A DNA stretch of 64,000 nucleotides from Macrostomum lignano (Eukaryota), in contig NIVC01000945.1 of NCBI GenBank assembly GCA_002269645.1, forward strand, positions 248,001 through 312,000. Direction: 5' to 3'. The position numbers and the translations under genes were made by a program. How positions within the stretch are numbered: the first letter of the stretch is position 1; the number at the start of each line of letters is the position of its first letter. Below the pieces are notes generated by a model. That model was given only the letters and a program-made list of their open reading frames with translations, had not been told where the DNA came from and did no database searches. This document shows positions 1 through 32,289 of this stretch, in pieces.

Positions 1-186
1 GTCAGCATACGCTAAGCTAGGGTGTCAGCAGTCGCTAAACTAGGGTGTCAGCATACGCTAAACTAGGGTGTCAGTAGTCCCTAAACTAGGGTGTCAGCAT
101 ACGCTAAACTAGGGTGTCAGTAGTCGCTAAACTAGGGTGTCAGCATACGCTAAATTTGGGTGTCAGCAGTCGCTAAATTGGGGTGC
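1..186. repeat. 23-bp minisatellite (ctagggtgtcagcatacgctaaa), intronic
   Basis: About 8 head-to-tail units with alternating catac/tagtc variants; runs off the start of the window. Confidence 0.9.
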
Positions 187-416
187 GCCTATTTAATAAA
201 AATTCGCTAATGACAAATCAAATTTCAATAGGAATTAATAATTTACTATTGCCTCACAGTATGAATCGAGAAAGCAGATGAAGAATTATCACAGCCAAAT
301 AATCAATAAATAGCCATATTAGTAGTAACATTTACCTCAGGCAAAGCAAAGAAACTAAAAGCAACAACAACAACAGACTATGAATTTCTATACAAAATTT
401 AGCACTGATTGTTCAC

Positions 417-21688
<21,272 letters not shown>

Positions 21689-22144
21689 GATAGAAAATCA
21701 GCTGGCACCAATAAATCAATTCGCTGACAGAGTCCAATTAAAAGAGAATCTTGTTTATCGCATTAGACTGACTGAAACCAATGCAATAAAAACCAACACT
21801 TCAAAGCACGTATTTTAGTGACTATTGTTGATAAACAATCTATTTCTAAGAAATCGAGAATACCATTTCTTAATTCGTATAGTAACTGTCATTTACTACA
21901 ATTTACGTATTAAAGAATTATGTGCACGCCAGTGATATGCTTGCTCGTTTTCTGCGGCCTGTATGTATGAGCGAGAAAACGGATCTTGTTATCTGCTATT
22001 GGGTGCGGTGAGGGGTGAGCAAAAAATACAGAGCAAAAACGCGGGCTGGTCGTGGACAAGGACAACTGACTGTTGTCATCTGGTTTGCCAATCTTAAAAC
22101 AGTGACTAACTATGGGTCTTTCAATAACGGCCGAAAACAGACAC

Positions 22145-22215
<71 letters not shown>

Positions 22216-22302
22216 GGCAGGCAGGCAGACAGAGAGACAGAGAGACAGAAAGACAGACAGAAAAACAGACAGACAGACAGACAGACAGACACTAAGACAG
22301 AA

Positions 22303-22339
<37 letters not shown>

Positions 22340-22378
22340 GGCACTAAGACAGACGGACAAACAGACAGACAGACAGAC

Positions 22379-22485
<107 letters not shown>

Positions 22486-23424
22486 CACAGGCAGGCAGGC
22501 AGGCAGGCAGATAGACGACAGACACACAAAGTGAGAACAGTCTAGTAGCGGAATCGCCATTCCAGAATTTAGATATTCGTTGGCCCTGACAGATACAACT
22601 AGGCCATTTAGTCTCTCTCTCCTATATCTCTATCCCGATTCCTGAGCCGCGTCCCTCAGCCGCTAGCGCAGTGGACAAAGCAGACACGGATTGAGGCAAT
22701 CAAAGAGTACATATTGAGGCACTCGGATAGAAAAAATGCATGTTCAGTAGCCAACCGACCGTCGCACTGCTTACTGATTAGGCGCCCAAGCCAAGGTGGA
22801 ATCCGTCAACTATAAATATTTTTAGTTGCAAAACTTTTTGGACGGGGATCAAAGCTCAAAACACTTATAGAACTATAAGGGTACTCAAGTTCATAGGGAC
22901 TGTTTTGCTTTAACACTTGAGCAGTAACTAGCAACTAACAACTAGCTCAGCTGATAAAGAGCTGCTCAATTTGCTTGAAATACGCATTTCGAATAGCGCA
23001 TTTTACCCGAAACAAATGAAGCCGAGAAAGCCTTGAAGTCGTACATGCAATAATCAGACCTTAATTAATGCATTCTGCATTTGCTTCAAGGCATTTCGCT
23101 GTCCTATTAAATAGTCTAGCAACATGGCATTTCCTTTCCGAAGAGTTAGAACTGAATAATAAAATAAAATAGCTCTACAACACGACCTTCCTATTAAAGC
23201 TTTAACCGTCTTTCTATACTTACTAGATTTCTTCCCTTTGTAGGCCATGTTTGGTTAAGTTGGTTAAGTTCAGCCCAAACCAAAAAATCCCGGTGCATTC
23301 CAATTCAAATTAGGAATGAAATACAAGTAAGCAACTTTTCTAGAACTTTTTATGCTTAAAGCGCTACTTACATAACCATTGAGATCCCAGTGTTAAGTGT
23401 TCTTAATGGTACTGAGAACCAGCC

Positions 23425-23890
23425 CCTGGATCTGGGAGGCTGGCCTAGCAACTGAGGATCTGGGAGGCTCGCCTAGCAACTGAGGATCTGGGAGGCTGGC
23501 CCAGCAACTGAGGATCTGGGAGGCTGGCCTAACAACTGACGATCTGGGAGGCTGGCCTAGCAACTGAGAATCTGAGAGGCTGGCCTAGCAACTGAGAATC
23601 TGGGAGGCTGGCCTAGCAACTGACGATCTGAGAGGCTGGCCTAGCAACTGAGGATCTGGGAGGCTGGCCCAGCAACTGAGGATCTGGGAGGCTGGCCTAG
23701 CAACTGAGGATCTGGGAAGCTCGCCCAGTAAATGAGGATCTGGGAGGCTGGCCCAGCAACTGAGGATCTGGGAGGCTGGCCTAGCAACTGAGGATCTGGG
23801 AAGCTCGCTCAGTAAATGAGGATCTGGGAGGCTGGCCCAGCAACTGAGGATCTGGGAGGCTGGCCCAGCAACTGAGGATCTGGGAGGCTG
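23425..23890. repeat. 28-bp minisatellite (ctgggaggctggcctagcaactgaggat)
   Basis: About 16 units. Confidence 0.9.
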
Positions 23891-26800
23891 GCGGTGATCA
23901 AATCCGAATCTGATAATCTTGGATGAAGGAATCAATAACTATCTCAGCATGGCTGCAATCTTAGTTCTTGGAATATTAAATTTTGTCAGCAGAAAACTAA
24001 AACATATTTGATACTCAATGAATGCTACTAACAGTTCAATAGTGTCACACAAAACTGATTAGCGAAATTTAAGTTTAAAAAAGCTTTCACACGCATTTAT
24101 AAATCTGATGCGATTAAGCCCAAATGGGAAGCCATAGGGGATTTTAAAAATATGTCGAGCAGCAAAAGGCAGTTTTAGATAATAAATATGAGGAAGATTA
24201 AAATTTATTGAATAATTGTTTATACACCCTTTCAAACTGGGGAATACAAATGAGGACAGAAGAATAGACTAGTTCAGACTTCAGACGGACTGAATGAGTT
24301 CACTGACACTTTGAACAACAATAGCTAGCAATTGCTGGCCTAGACAGCAACCTCCTCACCAGTCTTCAATCCACACTGCAGTCTAAAGAGTGCAATAACA
24401 AATGGCCAATCACTCGCTTTAAACTACTACTCATAAGAAAATAAGCTAAATTATAGATTATCTGTCAATGACTCAATAAGTTTTAATAACATGCAGTATT
24501 TTGCAAGCACATTTTAAAATGCAATAAACATAAACAATGATCCTAAGTTTTTATCAATATAAGACTATTAAAACCTTATTGATCCTACTATAAATAAGAA
24601 TAGGCCTTAATTTAAACAGTTTTACTAGCAAAGGTTTCAAAGAAATTGTCATTCCTTGGTAAAAATTTTATATAACTATATCCACTAAGTAAGTATGTCT
24701 AATATCTACTTTAAAATATATACACAGAGATCAGAGATTAGCAGTTCCAGCCATTTGCATTTAGGCTAGCTGTCATTAATCTGATTATATAAATTGTAGC
24801 ACTTATAATTCAACACCCAAATCAAGTTGGTTGGAGTCACCATTAAAGTTAGCAATTCAATTATGCAATCTCAAACAAGTCTGCACTACATGCTTCCATA
24901 CTATGTTTTAAACTGTTGCAAAATTCAAGTCAATGTCAAAACTAGCCAGTAAACTGATGATAAATAAAAGGCCTATTGTTCTACAATCCTTATCAGAATC
25001 AGAATTTAGTCAGTCAGGTTTTTTCTAGTATTCTTACAATGCATTTCAGGTTGGAAGTCTACTTGGGCTTTGCAAAAAAGCATGTTTTCTATTAATATTT
25101 AATTTATTTCAGAATTGAGCAATGCAGTATATTGCTCTCTACTTAGCCACAACAGGTGTACCACCATGAAAACATTTCTGATCAAATGGTACAAATTAAA
25201 AGAAAATCAGTTAAGCTATTTTTTCTATTATCAATTGCATAGACTAGGGGTTGGCTAACTTTCTTATCTCAAGGACCAGAGAGACCAGAGAGAAGGAAGA
25301 TAGGAAAAAGGAAAGGTGAGAAAATAAAGAAGAGAGGGAAGAGAAACGAGAGGAGAAAGGAGAAAAAAAATTAGAGAAGAAAGGAGAGAGAAGACAAGAC
25401 TAGGAGAGAGAAAAGGGAAAGGATTAGAAAGAATACTGCTAAGAAAAGATATAGACATTGATAGCTAGATTGCTTTTAGAGTTTCAAAGGACTCAAGGGC
25501 TGGATAGGGAGGCTTTGCAGGTCACATGTGGCCTATAGTATACTATAGTATAATTAAAGTAAAAAATTTTGATAAAACTATTAAAGGGTCTTTAAAATTA
25601 AAATCAAGTATAAAAATATTAAATTTATTTTAAAATCAAATTAAATTTAGATGGCCACAATATTGAATGTCTATTATATTTACATTTATCTTTTTTATCA
25701 TTAATTATTTTATCTTAAAATATTAGTTATTTCATTAGTTATTTTAAAATAATGAAATAGTTATTTCATTTATTAGTTGTTTTATATTAATTATCATGTG
25801 TAGTCAATCATATTCATAAATACCTATATAATGATAGATTTGAACTAATTATCCATGATACAAAGCTTTACTCTTTTTCAGTATTTGTGCTAATTTATTC
25901 CTTATTATTATATCTATCAAATCTATCTTTATTAGTCATTATTATTATCAAGAAACCATTGCTAGTGGTAATGATTTGCAAAAATGGGATAAATATGTCA
26001 GATATTTATTTTGTACTAGTATACTTGCTTTATTTAGTGGAATAAATATATATAGGTCAGGCTATAATAAAAGTTGAAGCCAAAGGTAATGTTTATTAGA
26101 GGTGTTGCAAGATCTTGATGAGATTAGATTTGAGATGAGATCTCAACATTTTTTCTATTGTTGAGAAATATTGACTTTTGTAGAAAATTTTGAGACAAGA
26201 TTTGAGAAATTGAGAAATTTTATAGATTGCTAAAAATGAAATTTTGATTAAGAAAATATGTGAAAAGGCAAATATTGTCTTCAAAACACTTAAATACTAT
26301 TGTTGAACCTATGCTTTTTGTTTGAATATTTTAGCAAGATGATTTTGAAATGGATAAATTCTATGATAGGTTAGGTTAGTTGAGACGTTTTATATCATTG
26401 TGATAAATGCAAATATCATTATAAATGCTGACATGCAAACTTCTACTAATACATATTTTTGCCATCATTTTAGTCTTGCAATAAGGTGATTTGGCAGCAT
26501 ACTCAAAAGGATGTATTTGTTGTATTTGGTGTATTTGTTGTAATGAGATACATATATTTTTCAAATATTTTTAATCTTATCATCTTGTTTCAAAATTTTT
26601 TGACTTCAGACTTTTCTTGTTTCAAATCTCATTTTGGTCTAAATCTTAATTTCTGACAGCTGTAATGTTTATAATATAATATAATTCTATTTATATAGGA
26701 CTTGAACATTGAAGATCTATACTTAATACATATTATTACCAAAAATAAAAAAATAAAAATATAGACTTAGGCTTATTATTATATATTTAAATATTTAAAG

Positions 26801-28216
26801 CTGTGGCTATCTTAGACATGTGCCATAGGGTGCTACCAAGTTTGTCAATGACTAATTTGGCAACTCTGTTAATGAACTTGTTTATCTTAGGACTACCATA
26901 TATTGCTAATTTGGTTAGGCCTACCTAACAATGTGCTATTGACTAGTGCCTATCTACTATATATACTATATACTAAAAATTAGAAGATAAAGCCTATTAA
27001 GAAGATACATATAATAGTAATGGAGATAATAAAGGCAAATGATTTTTATTTTTTGATTTTTATTTTTTGAAATCCAATATTTCAAGCACACTTTTGCATA
27101 TATTAAGAATTAGAAATTTTGTCTGAAATTCTGCAACGAATTTTTTCCGGATTTTTTGACGCAAAATCGCATTTTTTTCACGCAATCGCATAATGCGTTG
27201 TGATTTTTCTGCAAGAATTCCATCTAGGTCCAATGCAATAGAATATTAGATTAACCAAATTATTATATTTGATATAAATATAGTTTATCAATACCAACAA
27301 GTATTGACATTGGATAAGAAATCTAAATATACTAAAAGCTAGGCTATAGTACATAAATCTATAAACCTAGGCCTAGCTTAGGAGTTCTAGGACCATAGGA
27401 GGGAATCAAAAACCCAAAAAATCACAACTCCAAAAGTTCTTTCTATCAATATCATATGCCCAAAATATCATCACCCAAATGTAAATTATAAATCACCACA
27501 AACACAAACCCAAAATATCAATTATAGGCCTAACTATGCTTGAAGTTGAATGAAAACTTGAGATAGGCCTATGTCATCATTTGCATAAAATTGTAATGAT
27601 GTCCTACTGTGAAACCTGTGATATTCCTATCCAGCTGACCTCAGAATCTTTAGACTTTAGCCCTGCCCTTGAGATAAGATAGGCCTACTAGGCCTAGGAT
27701 TCTACCCTAGGCCTATGATGCCATATCATATATAGTTTATAAACTGAAACAAATATCAAAGTAAAAAATGTTATACGTAATAGGCCTACCTAAACCTAGC
27801 CAGGCTAGCCTAGGGCCGTCACATGAGTTATGACAATACAAGTCAGTAGGCTATATACTAATAACTATATGTTATGGCTTATGCCATAAGTTATGGCTAG
27901 AGTTCCAGCACCGGAACCCGTTTTCTATTATAGCTATGGATCCGGCTAAAATTCTATTTAATTTCGAAATCGAATATCATGACTTTCGAATTTAAAATAG
28001 CGAGTCGAATGTAATTACACTATAACAAGGTTTATGTATAAGTCCCATTTTTCACAACTTTATAAATTCGAGTTTGCCTGATCACATAATATTTTAAGTA
28101 CCTATTAAGTTGATTCCACAATCGATCTTAGTGTTTCTTTTCTAGTTAATGTGAAGTTTGCTTGAAAATTGTAGGTTGAATTCCAATTCAATAGATTACT
28201 TTGTCTATGTACAAAC

Positions 28217-28254
28217 CAAGGACCACTGTATATAGCTATATACAGTGGTCCTTG
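28217..28254. mobile_element. 38-bp perfectly palindromic micro-element with an 8-bp TSD
   Basis: caaggaccactgtatatag|ctatatacagtggtccttg, flanked by GTACAAAC at 28209-28216 and 28255-28262. Confidence 0.8.
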
Positions 28255-28418
28255 GTACAAACGGTAACCGGTGCAGAATTTTCATATCCAATTTAAAATA
28301 GTAAGCTCAAGCTGAGCCATGTACGAGCCGTACGACCATGGTTCTACAGTTAAATGTGTGAAAACCATGCAATGGAGTTATGCATGGACTTGCGTACATG
28401 TGTTGCACATACATGTAC

Positions 28419-29115
28419 CAAGGACGACTTAAGTAGAAGGACGGGAAACCTCGTTTCTTAGAAAATTTTTGAAGGCACTTTTTCCCGAAAAAATACACTA
28501 TGGAGATAGGAAATTTTCATTTTTTCAGCACAAAAATTGCTATTACTTTTGATGGAGGCAGATCCAGTGCTCATCTTTTGATATGTTGTGCCTTTTTTAT
28601 TGCTCTATCGATATTTATAAAGCTTTTCGTTCAGAAAATTAGGATTATATGTCAATTTTTTATTCTACGTACATTTCCTGTATCTGAAAATCACAAAAAT
28701 GCATGACACAGCTCCAATATTTGCTTTTATGAACCTGTTTTATCATCTCTGTTACGAATATTTGCTAAGCAGTCAGTTAAGAATGATAAAATAGACTTCT
28801 AAAACCAAAGGGCCGAGCCGTGGCATTCTAATGTATTTCAATCACAAGACACGTAAAAATATACGGAGAATAAAAACTTTACATAGAATCCTAATTTTCT
28901 GAACTAAAAGCTTTATAAATATCGATAGAGCAATAAAAAAGGCACAACATATCAAAAGATGAGCACTGGATCTGCCTCCTATCAAAAGTAATAGCAATTT
29001 TTGTGCTGAAAAAATGAAAATTTCCTATCTCCATGGTGTATTTTTTCGGGAAAAAGTGCCTTCAAAAATTTTCTAAGAAACGAGGTTTCCCGTCCTTCTA
29101 CTTAAGTCGTCCTTG
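28419..29115. mobile_element. 697-bp non-autonomous DNA transposon with ~255-bp TIRs (P-like CANRG termini; hAT not excluded)
   Basis: Near-perfect long inverted repeats beginning CAAGGACGACTTAAGTAGAAGG; perfect 8-bp TSD ACATGTAC at 28411-28418 and 29116-29123; no transposase ORF. Confidence 0.9.
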
Positions 29116-29814
29116 ACATGTACATGTGTACACGTACATGTAAATCGCATAGGGGGTTGGAAAACTGGAGCAACGCTTTCCGCGACGTCGTCTCGCAACC
29201 AACAGAGAGGCAATTATTACCCATCAATCTGACTCTTGCGCACACTTAAATGTATTAGCTAGCCCGTGCATGGTTTACTACAGACGATTCATCATGTGGA
29301 ACATACATGTATGCATAACACACGCTCATATAGCAGCGGGTCGCGTGTGCAGCTGTGACTCTGAATATATTCTGATCGTCAGTACGTTCATTTTACACTT
29401 TCTGACTATGGGGGGGGGGCGTACGTGAATCGCACGATAAAACCCCAGCCAGAAATTTTTATTCGTGCATAAAAATACATGTATTCCTGCGAAATAAAAG
29501 CTGTGTACATATAAGTGTATATATGTACAAATACATATGTAACCAATGATTAAAATGAATCGAATCAGGGATTGTAACACGAGATTTGGACTTCTCTGCC
29601 CCTAGACAGGTGTGTCCCTTGCTAGACAGCCAAGGGGGGGGTCACTTTTCAGACAGGAATGTTCAAGAGTATGCAGGCCATTTAATAAAACTATGCTGTG
29701 CAAGTGAATTCATAAATTTGCAGATTGGGCTTTATGGTGTAGATTATGGTATAGATTAATTTAAAACTTTTAATAAGTGAATGCTATTTATGATAACATT
29801 AAAAACTGGAAATG

Positions 29815-30915
29815 TTAACTTTCGAAAGCAGTTAAACATGTATTTTAATCAACAAAACGATTCATGACTTTCAGTTTGATTCTCTGCTTAGCTATAATTT
29901 AGTCTTAAGCTAATTCCTATCAGTAGCCTTTGCAGAACACCCTGGCATCACACAGTCTCCGACAGCACAGTGACATGGCCACATGCGCGTGAATGCCGCG
30001 CCTGTTGATCTGGTGAGCCGATGGTGGGTCCCATAATCCGTAATCTAATCCAATAGACCGAACAGACCTCTTCTTCCAAGGCGCCGGAGCGCTTAGCGGC
30101 AGGTATCCTTGAGCCGGATCGATGTAGCCGTCCTTGACTCCGAAGCTCTCCAGGTGTTTGATTGACCGGCAGAGCCAGTCGATCATGACGGGACTGGCCG
30201 GACCGCAATAGAGAAATTTGCCTTTGTGCTTTGACTCAGCGCTTGCCTGGCAGCAGCTGATGGAGGCCATCGCCAATAGGCACACCAGCAGTTTGAACAT
30301 TCTCTGGAATGTAAGCAACGAAATAAGTTATATAAATGATAAAATAACTGCGCGCCAGTACTGTACGCAGACACGCACTCACAAACACGCTCACACAGGC
30401 TTTACAGCGGCCATGAATTTCTAATCGTCAGACATGTACATTCTCTGAGCCTTGTGGGTTGGCCATCATGGACGTTCTTCGAGCACACAGGCCTCAAATT
30501 AATGTGGCGCCTGGTGATCAGAAGCGTTTCCCGCTAAGGTTATCTGTCCCTTGTACTGTAACATTAAATTAGTCCAAGAAATATTCGATCTTACCTTGGG
30601 AGTATCTCAAGATTTCACTCTCAAATTGCTTGAAGAAATGATCGTCCGAACTTGGCTCTCGTAATAAAAGTGATGCTCTGCTGAGTAAGCAAGGAATGCC
30701 AGGACTGTCCCGCTTTTCAATTGATTTTTATAATAATCGGCAGACTGTCTATGGTCAAATCTGTTCTCAATTTTATTACTCTCGTCTATGGCTTCGCTGC
30801 TTTCCAGCGTGTGGCAAAAGTGCACACTGAGTCAGTACAGTTTAACCATTTTCATATGCCTTTCGTAGTCCTAACCGAATATATTTAATATACTGTAAAG
30901 ACAGCCCTGAAGAGA
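29815..30915. repeat. Segmental duplication, copy 1 (ILP plus ~500 bp upstream block)
   Basis: Homologous to 37325-38356. The upstream block differs by only about 9 substitutions and 2 indels over about 450 bp (hand count). Confidence 0.9.
29920..30300 (-). CDS. Insulin-like peptide precursor, copy 1 (126 aa)
   Basis: Signal peptide MFKLLVCLLAMASISCCQA; B-chain C-x11-C (CGPASPVMIDWLC); KKR and RR convertase sites; A chain GIHAHVAMSLCCRRLCDARVFCKGY. The ATG follows an acceptor ttccag|agaATG. Confidence 0.8.
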   Translation of the reverse strand: MFKLLVCLLAMASISCCQASAESKHKGKFLYCGPASPVMIDWLCRSIKHLESFGVKDGYIDPAQGYLPLSAPAPWKKRSVRSIGLDYGLWDPPSAHQINRRGIHAHVAMSLCCRRLCDARVFCKGY

Positions 30916-31454
30916 CTGCTAGTACAGGGCCAAGAAGCTTAATTTGATTCTTTAATTTTGACCTGCATTATGTCTATGGCCCAAACCGTCACTAAGTGGA
31001 ACTTCGTGTGTTTTACACAATTCGCTTCTGTCAGCATGTTATACTAGCAGCCAATTGCCTCATGTAGGGAGAAAAAGGACATTTACGCTCCGCACTCTGA
31101 AAGTTTCTTTACTCTTGAAGACGGAAAATCAACCCATTTTACAATGACCGTTCATAGAGACTATGACAATCAATCAATTCCACCCTGTCCTGCATGAGAA
31201 TCAATCTAATAAAGCCACCTCATCGCTCAAATACTAATATAACCAAGTTTATGATTTATTATAAAAAAACTTGAGGCTTTTAAATGAACAGTATTCTTGA
31301 ACTGTGTATCACAATACAGGTATTTACCACCTGTTGGAAGCAACCCCAGAAATCGCTCAAAAGCAACCACTGAGCAGCTCACATCCGACTTCAAAAACAA
31401 CCACAACCAACCTGAAGCTATCAACAAAAAATTATAATGTACCAAATCTTTATA

Positions 31455-32046
31455 CCACTTCCCCCAGATTAGCACCACTTATCCAGATTAGCACCACTTC
31501 CCCCAGATTAGCACCACTTATCCAGATTAGCACCACTCCCTCCAGCTTAGCACCACTCTCTCCAGATTAGCACCACTCCCTCCAGATTAGCACCACTTCC
31601 CCCAGATTAGCACCACTTCCCCAGATTAGCACCACTTATCCAGATTAGCAGCACTCCCTCCAGCTTAGCACCACTCCCTCCAGATTAGCACCATTTCCCC
31701 CAGTTTAGCACCACTTATCCAGATTAGCAGCACTCCCTCCAGCTTAGCACCACTCCCTCCAGATTAGCACCATTTCCCCCAGTTTAGCACCACTTATCCA
31801 GATTAGCACCACTCCCTCCAGATTAGCACCACTTTTCCAAATTAGCACCACTCCCTCCAGATTAGCAACACTCCCTCCAGATTAGCACTGCTCCCTCCAG
31901 ATTAGCACTACTCCCTCCAGATTAGCACTGCTCCCTCCAGATTAGCACCACTTTTCCAAATTAGCACCACTCCCTCCAGATTAGCAACACTCCCTCCAGA
32001 TTAGCACCACTTATCCAGATTAGCACCACTTCCCCAGATTAGCACC
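31455..32046. repeat. ~20-bp minisatellite (ccagattagcaccactccct), left part, interrupted by the Gypsy element
   Basis: The same unit resumes at 36516-37195. Confidence 0.95.
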
Positions 32047-32273
32047 TGTGATAGCTTGGCCTGCGTGCGCGCTGGGGGCGGGGCTAGGTTGAGTTGTTTT
32101 GCTCTCTCTCTCTCTCTCTCTCTCTTTCGCTGCATGTACTTGCTAGCGCGGGTTGGGGGGTGCGGTGAGTATGCCGATCAATATCAAATAGTTTAATATA
32201 AAGCAGGCTTTTTAGCCGGTAAAGTTTTTCGTGCTTTTGAGCCAAAATAAAGTTTTGTCTTGACTTTATTTCA
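32047..32273 (+). repeat. 5' LTR (227 bp)
   Basis: Contains TATA-like taatataaag and AATAAA at 32246-32251. Confidence 0.95.
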
Positions 32274-32274
32274 C

Positions 32275-32289
32275 TGGCGACGAGGATGG
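32275..32289 (+). other. Primer-binding site complementary to the tRNA-Ser(GCU) 3' end
   Basis: TGGCGACGAGGATGG is the reverse complement of CCAUCCUCGUCG-CCA, the typical 3' end of eukaryotic tRNA-Ser(GCU). It overlaps the gag ATG at 32286. Confidence 0.75.

Noticed and set aside
1-186. Telomere-like TAGGG repeats at the window start
   Set aside because: The unit is a 23-bp minisatellite, not (TTAGGG)n, and it sits within a gene intron.
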